A stretch of DNA of 64,000 nt from Candidatus Dojkabacteria bacterium (lineage in GTDB: Bacteria; Patescibacteriota; Dojkabacteria; J137), in the NCBI GenBank assembly GCA_040006935.1, contig JBDTVZ010000001.1, positions 295,772-359,771 on the forward strand, written 5' to 3'. The stretch's first letter is position 1. The number at the start of each line of letters is the position of its first letter. The translations under genes and the position numbers were made by a program. The notes beneath the pieces were generated by a model. The model saw only the letters and a program-made list of their open reading frames with translations, was not told the origin of the DNA and made no database searches. Of the stretch, positions 36,043-45,674 are shown one piece after another.

Positions 36043-37860
36043 TTAACTTCCACCACTAACTCCATTACCAATCAAATCAAGAAGTTTGATAAAACCTATT
36101 TGTTCCCCAATATTATAGTTTTGATAACTGCTATCCGAGAAATTCGCCATTCCAAACCAAGGAACTTCACCAGAATATATCTTATCTCCATATCGAAATA
36201 AGATTTTATTGGTAGTAGTTTCAGTAGTATATTGTCCATATCCAGGGTAGGATGTTGGAATTGAGATTGGGAACCTTGCTTTAACTTCTTGAAGGTAGGA
36301 TACAGGATATTGTCCAGACATATAAGGATAACCACCCAGTAATGTCTGATAGATTTTGACAGGTATATCTTCATTATTAATAATTAATTTAGAATCGTAT
36401 TGTGTTGAAACCGCAGAGTAGGAGGTAATATTGCTGAGTAATTTATCATAACCTGCACCTTCCTCAAATTGATTAATATAGAAATACAAAGAGTTATATT
36501 TATCTGTAAGAATGTATGAAAGTACGGGGAACCTTACATCGTAATTTTGCTCTTCTTGAGCATAAATTTCATCTCCTTTTAAACCAGCAGGGTAAAAATT
36601 CCTATCTCTATAATAATCGGCATTAACAACAGCTGCCGGAAGATTCTTTACTGTCATAGAGAATAAGCTAAAATCATCATTCAACGGAAAGATTATGCTT
36701 AAATTATGGTCTTTCATATAATTTGCAACTCTATTTGCATACTCAACTTTTGAAAATACATAATTTTTCCAATCTGCAATTCTTATATTATCTTTAAACA
36801 TCTGCTCAAATTCATTAGAAACGCTGTTGAAGTCTGTTGTTTTATAAGTAGCATTATACTCTGCTGCCCAGATTAAATTATTTGGCGATACTTCTCCAAT
36901 ATATAGCTTCCTTCCAACAATTTCGTAAGATTCAGCATCAATTGTTTGTATTGAAATAATTGGAACTAAACCATTGTCGTTTGAATATTTAGAAACAGAA
37001 TCAGGAAGTGCACCTCCACAATAATTATTATATTCCATTTTTACTTCATAATAGGATCTTCCACTAGTTTGAAATATTCTTTGAATTGTTGCACCATAGC
37101 CAAAATAATTTTGTATTGCAGCGTACGAAGTTGGGAATGAAACATTAGGCTTATCAATACTATTGTTGAAATACATTCCGCCTGAATACCAATTTGGCGT
37201 ATATTTTGTAACTATAGCAAAAGTTCCACCTTGGTAATTATAAGTCTCATTATCATTTACCCCATAGTGAGAAGTGTAATAACCTTCAAGGCTTCCATCT
37301 TCACTATCCACTTTTGATGTGTAGTATGAGTTTTCTGAATCAAAATACTCAGAAGTTGTTTGAGTACTTGTAGCCTTAGGAGAATAATAGTTAGGACAAA
37401 TTCCTGATAAATCACCTGGAGTAGTTTTTGTAATAATCTTTCTAAAATTATATTTTGTAAGGTCTGGTTGTGCTTCTGGACCAACTCCTACTGGATTTGT
37501 TGAAGCGCTTTCTATATTCTCTGCTATACCTGTTATCGGATCTACTCGAACGTAACCTTTATTCCCCTGAAAAGTACTTTGTGAAGTTGAAGAATCTGAA
37601 GTAGGAACTGCTGGGCTTACATTTGTCTTAGGATTGTTTTTTATAATCTCTGAGAGTATTTGATTTTTTTGGGCAGGATTTTGATCAATTTTCTGAGCCT
37701 CTGTGAATTCTTTGGAACTTATTCCATTATTATTAGTTATAAAGAAAACTGCTAATATTGCAGCTATAGAAAAGAGTCCAACGCCAGCTAGCAAAATTAT
37801 TCTTGATTTTGGATCTGCAATATATTTTTTAAATTCTGCAAGGAAATCTTCATTTTCCAT
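36043..37860 (-). CDS. Large single-TM surface protein, Tyr/Ser/Asn-rich
   Basis: N-terminal TM followed by about 560 aa of soluble domain. Confidence 0.75.
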   Translation of the reverse strand: MENEDFLAEFKKYIADPKSRIILLAGVGLFSIAAILAVFFITNNNGISSKEFTEAQKIDQNPAQKNQILSEIIKNNPKTNVSPAVPTSDSSTSQSTFQGNKGYVRVDPITGIAENIESASTNPVGVGPEAQPDLTKYNFRKIITKTTPGDLSGICPNYYSPKATSTQTTSEYFDSENSYYTSKVDSEDGSLEGYYTSHYGVNDNETYNYQGGTFAIVTKYTPNWYSGGMYFNNSIDKPNVSFPTSYAAIQNYFGYGATIQRIFQTSGRSYYEVKMEYNNYCGGALPDSVSKYSNDNGLVPIISIQTIDAESYEIVGRKLYIGEVSPNNLIWAAEYNATYKTTDFNSVSNEFEQMFKDNIRIADWKNYVFSKVEYANRVANYMKDHNLSIIFPLNDDFSLFSMTVKNLPAAVVNADYYRDRNFYPAGLKGDEIYAQEEQNYDVRFPVLSYILTDKYNSLYFYINQFEEGAGYDKLLSNITSYSAVSTQYDSKLIINNEDIPVKIYQTLLGGYPYMSGQYPVSYLQEVKARFPISIPTSYPGYGQYTTETTTNKILFRYGDKIYSGEVPWFGMANFSDSSYQNYNIGEQIGFIKLLDLIGNGVSGGS

Positions 37861-37881
37861 ATAGTATTGATAACAAAAGTA

Positions 37882-38094
37882 TTATGGACAAGGTTTAAAT
37901 TCACAATTATTTAACGGATCTCTTCCAACTGCTGAACCATCTGGACACATTTTCGCTTCTAAAGTGCAAGCGATTGGGCCTGTAGATTTTGGATTATTCA
38001 TTAAATAATAAATAATTCCAAATCCTATAGTACATATCCCACAAATGAATGCTAGAATAAAACAACTGATTGCTATTATCGTTTTTTGATTCAT
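37882..38094 (-). CDS. Small membrane protein with Cys-rich module
   Basis: TM plus ACTLEAKMCPDGSAVGR..CEFKPCP, a module frequent in CPR surface proteins. Confidence 0.75.
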   Translation of the reverse strand: MNQKTIIAISCFILAFICGICTIGFGIIYYLMNNPKSTGPIACTLEAKMCPDGSAVGRDPLNNCEFKPCP

Positions 38095-38290
38095 TGTGAG
38101 ACAATAATATTTATCTGGGAATATTCTACAACAAATACTGTCAGTTTATAAGAATATACTATAATATATTCGGAAATTTTCAATTACATAATTTACAGTT
38201 TCCAAACAATGATTAAATTTAATAATTCTAAAATTGTTTCATTGCAAAGTGAAAATTTAAAGGCAGAATTTATAATTTAGGATTTTTTAA

Positions 38291-40024
38291 ATGAGAAAAA
38301 AGTTAGTAATAATAGGCCTAGGAGTATTGTTCCTACTCTCAATTCTGGTAAATGGTTCTCCATTTATATTTGGAGATGGTTATGGATATTTTCACAATGC
38401 AAAAACTTTAGTAACAACTGGTAGTTTTTTAGAATTAAAAGAACCTGAGTATTTTCCTTATACTGGGCATGCAGTCACAGAGCAAAATGGGAAATTTGTA
38501 ACATCATATCCTCCTGGAAGTTCAATCTTACTTTGGCCATTTTTGACTGTTTCTAAATTTTTCGATTCTGGGACTATTTATACAGATTATTATAAAGCTT
38601 TTGACGGGCATTCTGTCGCTGATGGATTAGCAGTTTTACTTGCAGCCAGTTTTTATGCATTTCTAAGTTTAGTAATTATTTATAAAATTTTAAAAAGTTT
38701 AGGATTCAATTCAAAAATTTCCTTAATATCAGTTGTTGTTGTTTACATTGGAAGTTATGCTTTAAGTTACACAGAACAATTTGCATCATATTCACATATT
38801 TATGAGATCTTTGCAGTTTCAACACTCTTATACTTTTTAATTCAGTTTGGGAAAAAATTTGAATATAAATATACACTTTTTGCTGGAGCAGCTGCAGGTT
38901 TATTAGTTTTAATTCGACCAGTTGATGTAGTGATTGTAATTCCTATTTTATTCTTTGTATTTGCTTATAGAAATACTAAATCAAGTATTTTATTTATCCT
39001 AGGTGCAATTCCCTCAGCATTAATTTTCTTTCTTTATAATACAATTAATTTCGGAAACCCTTTATCTACAGGTTACGGTTCTTCCGAAAAATTATTCGAT
39101 TTTACAAAATTTAACTTAGTGAACTTACTATTTTCTGATGTACGAGGTTGGTACATTTATTCTCCTGTAATGTTAATTGGAAGTATTGGATTATTAATTT
39201 ATGCTTGGAGAAATAGACCATCATTTTTAATTTATTTAGCTCCATGCATCTTACTAATTTTAACTTATTCATTTTGGCCAAATTGGTGGGCAGGAGATAG
39301 TTTAGGACAAAGGTTTTTCCTAGTTTTAATTCCATTTATGGCAATTGGAATTGCGGTGTCTTTGCGAGGAGCGCAGCGACAAAGCAATCTCATACAAACA
39401 ATAGCTATATTTTTCATCGCTACACTTACTATCTATTCACTGACAATTACAATTCTTTACAGAATTACACCAACTGATGAGCTTTACAAAACGAATGCTG
39501 TTACAGCGGAAAAATATCCGGAAGTTACACCAGCCGAGCGCTTTACACCTTTTGATATTTTGAATTATCATAAAGAATTAATAGATCAAGGAGAATTTAA
39601 ATTTCCTAATAAATTAATTCAAGGATTTAACGGAGGTAGAAGTTTACTCTTATTAGCATTAGGACAAACTTACCCCATAGCGAAACTAGAAAAAATTTCT
39701 GACTTAACGTTTATAATTCATTTAATTCCAAATAATATTAATTCCCCGGTTATATCTAATGTTCGAATCGGCATACAGCAGAGTAGTAATTATTATGTGT
39801 TTACGTTTAAAAATGTAGATCTTTCAAAAACTTCCGAAATTCAGCTTGATTGTTCGATAGAGAGTGATTGTGTAATTAAAAATAGTATTAATGAATTTAC
39901 CAAAGAAGTCTTGAGTACGACTGAAATAACTTCAAAGCAAATAGAATTAAGCTCGGATCTAAAAATTGATTTCGAAGCAGGTGAGAATATTAAACTTGTA
40001 GATTATAAACTGAAGAATTTATAG
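38291..40024 (+). CDS. GT-C superfamily membrane glycosyltransferase
   Basis: GDGYGY, YPPG, LIRP, RGWYIYSP, WWAG..GQRF; about 10 TM. Confidence 0.75.
   Translation: MRKKLVIIGLGVLFLLSILVNGSPFIFGDGYGYFHNAKTLVTTGSFLELKEPEYFPYTGHAVTEQNGKFVTSYPPGSSILLWPFLTVSKFFDSGTIYTDYYKAFDGHSVADGLAVLLAASFYAFLSLVIIYKILKSLGFNSKISLISVVVVYIGSYALSYTEQFASYSHIYEIFAVSTLLYFLIQFGKKFEYKYTLFAGAAAGLLVLIRPVDVVIVIPILFFVFAYRNTKSSILFILGAIPSALIFFLYNTINFGNPLSTGYGSSEKLFDFTKFNLVNLLFSDVRGWYIYSPVMLIGSIGLLIYAWRNRPSFLIYLAPCILLILTYSFWPNWWAGDSLGQRFFLVLIPFMAIGIAVSLRGAQRQSNLIQTIAIFFIATLTIYSLTITILYRITPTDELYKTNAVTAEKYPEVTPAERFTPFDILNYHKELIDQGEFKFPNKLIQGFNGGRSLLLLALGQTYPIAKLEKISDLTFIIHLIPNNINSPVISNVRIGIQQSSNYYVFTFKNVDLSKTSEIQLDCSIESDCVIKNSINEFTKEVLSTTEITSKQIELSSDLKIDFEAGENIKLVDYKLKNL
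39356..39391 (+). repeat. In-frame REP-like element inside glycosyltransferase
   Basis: GTGTCTTTGCGAGGAGCGCAGCGACAAAGCAATCTC resembles the reverse complement of 51499-51534; encodes VSLRGAQRQSNL. Confidence 0.75.
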
Positions 40025-40092
40025 GACTTTACCACCTGCATTACTCGTCTGTTATAAAGAAAACAGAGTTACTCAGACCTTTGTGTTATTTC

Positions 40093-40140
40093 GCTTGCCT
40101 GCCTTCCGTGTCTGCCGACAGGCAAGGCAGGCACGGAAGG
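40093..40140. repeat. Nested CCTGCC/GGCAGG palindromes
   Basis: CCTTCCGTGTCTGCCGACAGGCAAGGCAGGCACGGAAGG; shares its core with 13381-13424. Confidence 0.8.
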
Positions 40141-40146
40141 GGTTAT

Positions 40147-40458
40147 TTAAAACCTAAACATATACTTATCCAAATCCACTTTTCTTTCCTCAGTAAATTC
40201 AATACCATCATTTTCTAATCTTTGTTTTTGTTCCTGCCATCCCCCAAGAGAGAATTTCTCTGCAAGAGAACCATCTTTAGCAACAACTCTGTGGCAAGGT
40301 ACTTTAGGATTTTGATTTCCATAAACAGCCCAACCAACTTTTCTAGCATCTTTGGACCCTACAAATCTTGCAACATCTCCATAAGTTGTAACTTTTCCTT
40401 TTGGAATCATTGCTACTGCTGCTCTTATTTTTTCGAATAAGGATTCTTTTTCGTCCAT
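40147..40458 (-). CDS. MGMT/Ogt-family alkylated-DNA binding or methyltransferase protein
   Basis: IPKGKVTTYGDVA, ARKVG, VPCHRVV. Confidence 0.9.
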   Translation of the reverse strand: MDEKESLFEKIRAAVAMIPKGKVTTYGDVARFVGSKDARKVGWAVYGNQNPKVPCHRVVAKDGSLAEKFSLGGWQEQKQRLENDGIEFTEERKVDLDKYMFRF

Positions 40459-40486
40459 ATGATTGATTTTAACATGAAGACAATTC

Positions 40487-41251
40487 CTATGCTTCAGAAG
40501 CTCCTCTCGCCATTCCTACAATAATGCTCTCAGCTTGAACAATTTGATCTCTTAAATGGTCGGCACCATAAGAAGCTTCCATACTTACGGCTAGAGAAGA
40601 AAATATAATTTCTTTAACTCCAACAAGTAAGTTTTCCAAACCACCATAAAAATCTAATATCTCAAGAAAAATTTCTCCATATTTATTTTGAAGTTTCTTT
40701 TCTTCGTCTTCGACATTTTTCTTCCCATTCTGGAAATATCTAATATTAAATTTTTCTTCGGCAACGTTTAACATAAATAATGCTAATGCAGCGTGTTTAT
40801 GTAGTTCAAAAAGATCTCTGATTTTTGCTCTTACATATTCCCAATTTTCTAAACCCTCTTCTAATAAATACAACTGCATTAAATTATAGAGTACATCACC
40901 TACTTCGGACATAACATGCATGCCGAGTTCGACAAGAATATCTGGATTAGTTTCGTGAATATCCTTACTATTTATTAACTCAAAAACAGCGACCGCTGCT
41001 TCTGTTAACTCACAGTCTTTTTTAGCTGGCTTATCTGGTCTCGAGTCTAAGTCTGTAATATGGCCATTAATTCTTACTTTTGCATTACTAACATTTCCAG
41101 CGCTAAGAAAGCTCACAATAAAATCTCGTGGTTTCTTTTCTCTTCCGTATAAAGCATTCTCTGTTCTTGTTAGAGTATTTATACTGGCAAAGAAATCAGG
41201 AAGTTCTCTTTTTAAATTATTTTGTTTTAATAAACCTTCTAAAATTTCCAT
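40487..41251 (-). CDS. Hypothetical protein with MazG-like NTP pyrophosphatase motif
   Basis: CELTEA..EVGDVLYNL. Confidence 0.5.
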   Translation of the reverse strand: MEILEGLLKQNNLKRELPDFFASINTLTRTENALYGREKKPRDFIVSFLSAGNVSNAKVRINGHITDLDSRPDKPAKKDCELTEAAVAVFELINSKDIHETNPDILVELGMHVMSEVGDVLYNLMQLYLLEEGLENWEYVRAKIRDLFELHKHAALALFMLNVAEEKFNIRYFQNGKKNVEDEEKKLQNKYGEIFLEILDFYGGLENLLVGVKEIIFSSLAVSMEASYGADHLRDQIVQAESIIVGMARGASEA

Positions 41252-41336
41252 TGAGAATTAATTAATCGAACGATTATATCATCCAGGAAAGCATCTGTCA
41301 TCGAAAACAAGTGACTATATGATATAATTACTATAT

Positions 41337-42377
41337 ATGAACCAATACAGACTTCCTAACAATTGGGATGAGCATAAATTCGAATACTTCGATGGAGAGA
41401 GGGATGTCTATTTAGTCAGCAATGACCCCTCTGTCTCACATTATGCCTACGAAAAGCTTACAGAGAATTATAAGTACAACGATGGAATTGTCCTTGCTGT
41501 TTGTGGTGGAATGGACTCAGCATTTAATTTATTTGCTGCTACTAAGTCCGATGTGGGAAAGGATGAGCGAGTATTGATTCTTGCGGATACTAATAATGTA
41601 ACTATTGATTCTTTTGCACCTTATAGACTTGACCTAATTGCAAAATTTGAAGACCCGCTTGAATATATCATACATGCCTTTCCTTTTGATCCGATAATTT
41701 TAGAGATAATGAAAGTAACTAAGCGCAACAGTTATAATAGTAAAATAGCTGGCTTGTATAGACGATTAGATAGTTTTACTCCTAATATTGATGAATCTAC
41801 AATTAAGATAGGTATTGATGCATTAGATTATCCAGAAGAGATCAAAATTAAAATCCTGAATATCATTTTTAATTCGGATATGGTTAGAAGAAACACCGAC
41901 GGAGATATCGTTGGAAGTGTTAAAGGAAACATAACATATCCTCTAACTCAATTTATTTTGCATATTGACGATGTAAATTGGCTTCAAGAAGAAAACTACA
42001 AAATAATTAGGACTGCTATATTAGAAGGTAGAGTAAAGTTAGTTCGTATGCCAATACAATTTATGCCTAAATACAGAAAGGATAACTCGATGGGGTTAGG
42101 AAATAAACCAATAAGGTCTATAATGCTTTCAAATGTTCCTCAATACCTAAATGAAAGTGAACTAGATAATCTAATACAAGGACTTGAAGATTATAATTCT
42201 CACTCAGAAGCTCCTGAATCTAATTTATTAGTAAATGGATTTACATTCCCGGACGCAATGGAAGTCTATATCTCATTATTTCACAGTGCTGATTATGCTA
42301 AATATAGGGAACAATTATTAATGCAGAATTGGATGTTTGGTAAACCTAGTGCCATGGACGATGTTACTGAAGCATAG
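41337..42377 (+). CDS. Hypothetical protein, possible DUF3419/SAM-dependent fold
   Basis: SND, VLAVCGGMD, ILADTN, IMLSNVPQYL. Confidence 0.5.
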   Translation: MNQYRLPNNWDEHKFEYFDGERDVYLVSNDPSVSHYAYEKLTENYKYNDGIVLAVCGGMDSAFNLFAATKSDVGKDERVLILADTNNVTIDSFAPYRLDLIAKFEDPLEYIIHAFPFDPIILEIMKVTKRNSYNSKIAGLYRRLDSFTPNIDESTIKIGIDALDYPEEIKIKILNIIFNSDMVRRNTDGDIVGSVKGNITYPLTQFILHIDDVNWLQEENYKIIRTAILEGRVKLVRMPIQFMPKYRKDNSMGLGNKPIRSIMLSNVPQYLNESELDNLIQGLEDYNSHSEAPESNLLVNGFTFPDAMEVYISLFHSADYAKYREQLLMQNWMFGKPSAMDDVTEA

Positions 42378-42396
42378 TTATTTCTTTGAAACAAAT

Positions 42397-42930
42397 TTAT
42401 TGCTCTTGATTTAACAATTCTACAAGCTTAGCTTGAATTTCCGGAAGATGGTCTATACGGTAGTGCTTTATATCTATAAGTAGACTCCAGAAAAGAGGAA
42501 AGAATTCATTCAAACGCATACTCTTGTTCCAGTCGTTGGACGGAATGCCTTTATATGCAAAAACTAAATTCTGTGAAATTTCAATAAACTCTCCAAATAC
42601 CTTTTCCCAACTTAAAAATCTCCTTTCATTAACATTATCTGCATTGAATTGATTCATCTCATCATCACCATCAACCCAAACACTATCCTCATCTCTTAGA
42701 GTACGGGCTATATCGTCAATAGTAAGTTGATTCCATCCTGAAAAATGAGCAAGGCTATCCTTTAAACTCCATTCTCCGATTAAAGTAATTTCTCTATACT
42801 CTTCTGGAAATTGATTAATTAATTCTATAAAGGAATTTATTGCACCGGCAAGTATTTCTTGAGTTTTCTCAATATCAATATTTTCTTGTTTTGTTTCAAA
42901 AATTTTCTCGTATGTATCGTATATTTCCAT
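42397..42930 (-). CDS. DinB/ClbS-like four-helix bundle protein
   Basis: WSLKDSLAHFSGW..QFNA..HY..H. Confidence 0.8.
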   Translation of the reverse strand: MEIYDTYEKIFETKQENIDIEKTQEILAGAINSFIELINQFPEEYREITLIGEWSLKDSLAHFSGWNQLTIDDIARTLRDEDSVWVDGDDEMNQFNADNVNERRFLSWEKVFGEFIEISQNLVFAYKGIPSNDWNKSMRLNEFFPLFWSLLIDIKHYRIDHLPEIQAKLVELLNQEQ

Positions 42931-42982
42931 AATTAGATTATATCATGAAGATATTAGATATTCCTAGGTGAAATATGTGCGG

Positions 42983-43585
42983 TTAAGATTTTCTACTTAC
43001 AAATTTATTTTCTTTTATATAAAATCTATAATCAAATTCCTTAGCTTTAGATATTCCAACTCTTTTAGTTTTAATAATCTTCGATTCAGGTAATTTAAAC
43101 CCATCATCCATAATATAGATCTCTGATTTTTCTGAAGTTAAATCAATTCCATCTAATTCTTTTGTAATTCCTAAAGCTTTGCATAACTTTCCTGGTCCTG
43201 AAGTAAGGCTCTTTTCATCCGCCTTCGCTAACGCTTCGGCGGACAAGTTCCTTAGCTCTTTCATTTTATCTATTCCATCAATTGGTTCTAAAGCTCTAAT
43301 CAAAACACTTGTTGGAACTTCTGCAACAACATCCAGACAAAAGTGAGTATGAATAGAGTAAATGTAAGAATTTCCAGGTTTAGAAAATAGAGATTTATTC
43401 CTTTTGGTTTCTCCTTTAAAAGCATGTGCGGCTTCATCTTGGTTTGCAAGATAGGCTTCTACTTCTACAATACGGCCAGAAATAATTTGGCCGTTCAAAT
43501 TACGAACTAGAACCTTTCCTAAAAGTTCAGGAGCGAGTCTTATAGCATTGCGATTGTAGAAAGATTGATTTAGAATTTGCATCAT
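42983..43585 (-). CDS. mpg: 3-methyladenine DNA glycosylase (AAG/MPG family)
   Basis: LLGKVL, IVEVEAY, VLIRALEP, GPGKLCKALGI, RVGIS. Confidence 0.93.
   Translation of the reverse strand: MMQILNQSFYNRNAIRLAPELLGKVLVRNLNGQIISGRIVEVEAYLANQDEAAHAFKGETKRNKSLFSKPGNSYIYSIHTHFCLDVVAEVPTSVLIRALEPIDGIDKMKELRNLSAEALAKADEKSLTSGPGKLCKALGITKELDGIDLTSEKSEIYIMDDGFKLPESKIIKTKRVGISKAKEFDYRFYIKENKFVSRKS
43218..43247 (-). repeat. In-frame 30-bp palindromic element inside mpg
   Basis: CTTGTCCGCCGAAGCGTTAGCGAAGGCGGA, a GC-rich hairpin in an AT-rich gene; encodes LSAEALAKAD. Confidence 0.8.
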
Positions 43586-43675
43586 TTTTTAGACTGGCTT
43601 AAGCCTGCACCTAAAGATAAACCTATATATTGTTCCCTGTTTTTGTCTTTCATAAATTATTATTTATAAATAGAT

Positions 43676-43713
43676 AGCTGACTGCGAGAATCGAACTCAC
43701 ACCCTACTGCTTA
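43676..43713 (-). pseudogene. 3' half of a second tRNA (Thr-like acceptor)
   Basis: TAA-GCAGT-AGGGT-GTGAG-TTCGATT-CTCGC-AGTCAGC-T gives the 3' anticodon arm, T arm and acceptor strand; no clear 5' half found. Confidence 0.75.
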
Positions 43714-43722
43714 TCCCGATAA

Positions 43723-43795
43723 AGCTGGAAGTGAGATTTGAACTCACGATCTACGGTTTACGATACCGTTGCTTTACCAACTAAGCCATTCCAGC
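43723..43795 (-). tRNA. tRNA-Thr(CGT), no encoded CCA
   Basis: GCTGGAA/TTCCAGC acceptor, GCTT/AAGC D stem, ACGGT-ATCGTAA-ACCGT, GTGAG-TTCAAAT-CTCAC. Confidence 0.93.
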
Positions 43796-44127
43796 TTTAT
43801 CAGGACTCTCCATACTTGCCAGCCAGACTGGTCCCCTTGGACGGATGCTACATCGCCAATAAGCGAAATTATACATTAACCTATAGAAATTTTCTGAAAA
43901 GAAATATCATAATTTTCTAAATACTTCGATACAAACTAATTATACTGACAGGTAAAAACATTTGGACAGTATCTGTACGATCTTATATAGATGATTTTTA
44001 TTTGATTTTCTTTTTTAAATACCCTAAACTAAATCTAGTGACATATACGTTACTAAATTGCTCGATATATCTCCATACATAAAGATAAAAAGCAATTATT
44101 AAAAATAATATTTTTTATTTTAGGTTT

Positions 44128-44955
44128 ATGAAATTATTAAGAAACCTTTCAGTAATTGCATTCATTGCAATGTTTACTTTGGGTCAAACCGTAGTAACTA
44201 AAGCTGCAACATCACCAGTTTTTGGTGCTGCAGGTACTTATGCAGTATTAGGAGGTTCTATTGTAAGTAATACTGGAGCAACTGTAGTAACAGGAGATGT
44301 AGGTGTTAGCCCTAGTATTGGAGTACCCCCACACATAACAGGTTTCCCACCTGGGATTGTTAATGGGTCACAACATGACGCAGATACAAATGCTGGTGCT
44401 GCTCAGGCAGACGATACATCTTTATTTGGTGCTATTGACCAAGGCTGCGATACTACATATGGTGGAGTGCAAGATTTAACTTTGGTGTCTCCTCTTGTAG
44501 CTGGTACTTATTGTTCAACTGGTTCATTTGCTCTTACTGGAAATTTAACTCTTTCTGGAGCAGGGGTCTGGATTTTTAAATCTGCATCTACAATTATTAC
44601 ATCACCTGGCTCATCTGTTACTGGAGGAAATCCTTGTAATATATGGTGGAGAGCAGTTAGTTCTGTAACTTTAGATACAACTACTTCCTTTCAAGGAAAT
44701 GTTTTAGCACTAACAGATATCACTATGAATACTGGTGCTACATTAAATGGTAGACTTTTAGCACAAACTGGAGAAGTTACTTTAGATTCTAATGTGATTA
44801 CTAATGCTGCTTGTGCTACATTACCAAGTACAGCAGGTGGAGAAGTTACACAGGTTTCTAATTCACCTTGGAGTTATGTAATAGTAGCACTAGCTGGAGT
44901 ATCAACAGTTTTATTCTTTTTCAGCCCAAGAAGAAGGAAAGAAACAGCTCTTTAG
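44128..44955 (+). CDS. Ice-binding-like (DUF3494) secreted protein with C-terminal sorting signal
   Basis: Signal peptide; YAVLGGS.VSNTG.T.VTGDVGVSP, WIFK, NIWW, FQGNVLA, GATLNGRLLA; LPSTAG plus TM plus RRRK. Confidence 0.88.
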   Translation: MKLLRNLSVIAFIAMFTLGQTVVTKAATSPVFGAAGTYAVLGGSIVSNTGATVVTGDVGVSPSIGVPPHITGFPPGIVNGSQHDADTNAGAAQADDTSLFGAIDQGCDTTYGGVQDLTLVSPLVAGTYCSTGSFALTGNLTLSGAGVWIFKSASTIITSPGSSVTGGNPCNIWWRAVSSVTLDTTTSFQGNVLALTDITMNTGATLNGRLLAQTGEVTLDSNVITNAACATLPSTAGGEVTQVSNSPWSYVIVALAGVSTVLFFFSPRRRKETAL

Positions 44956-44976
44956 GATAACAAATATAAAGTAAAT

Positions 44977-45003
44977 GCAAAAAGACTCGCAAGAGTCTTT
45001 TGC
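44977..45003 (+). terminator. Intrinsic terminator
   Basis: GCAAAAAGACTC-GCAA-GAGTCTTTTGC. Confidence 0.85.
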
Positions 45004-45020
45004 TCTTTAAAATATTATTC

Positions 45021-45614
45021 ATGAAAACTTTCAAAATTCTTAGAAGATTAAATATTATTATATCTATTACAATAGGGGTCCTTGCCTTATATATTCTTCT
45101 AATTCCTGCTTTACCAGGAATTATTTTTGCAATAAATACAAATCAATATTATGGTTTTGCATATAAATCACAAAAGACTTTAGAAATTCTTAGAGAAAAA
45201 GCAAACGAACTTCCAGAAATTCCTAAAGAAAATACTTTAGTAATTCCTCAAATATATGTAAATGCAAAAATTAACGAAGGAACCCAGGAATCTACCTTAA
45301 ACCTTGGTATGTGGAGAAGGCCAAACACAAGTACACCGGATAAAGGAGGCAATACAGTTATAACTTCACATAGATTTCTACATACAATCGGTCCAAATAC
45401 ATTTTTCAATTTAGATAGACTTGAAATAAATAATATTGTTCTAGTCTACTGGCAGGGCAAAGAATATGTTTATAAAGTTTACGAAATTTCCAATGTATTG
45501 CCTCAGCAAGTCGATATTGAATTTAATACAAAAGATCCAATACTTACATTATATACATGTGAACCCTTATGGACATCCGAGAAAAGGCTGGTAGTAAAAG
45601 CAAAACTTCAGTAA
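45021..45614 (+). CDS. Sortase
   Basis: N-terminal TM, GNTVITSHR, LTLYTC, RLVV (His-Cys-Arg triad). Confidence 0.92.
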   Translation: MKTFKILRRLNIIISITIGVLALYILLIPALPGIIFAINTNQYYGFAYKSQKTLEILREKANELPEIPKENTLVIPQIYVNAKINEGTQESTLNLGMWRRPNTSTPDKGGNTVITSHRFLHTIGPNTFFNLDRLEINNIVLVYWQGKEYVYKVYEISNVLPQQVDIEFNTKDPILTLYTCEPLWTSEKRLVVKAKLQ

Positions 45615-45674
45615 CAAAAAAACAGCTTATTATTGAATCTGTACATTTAATATTAAGAGTGATTTTGCTATGCA

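Noticed and set aside
43738-43920. 60-aa ORF
   Set aside because: Antisense to tRNA-Thr
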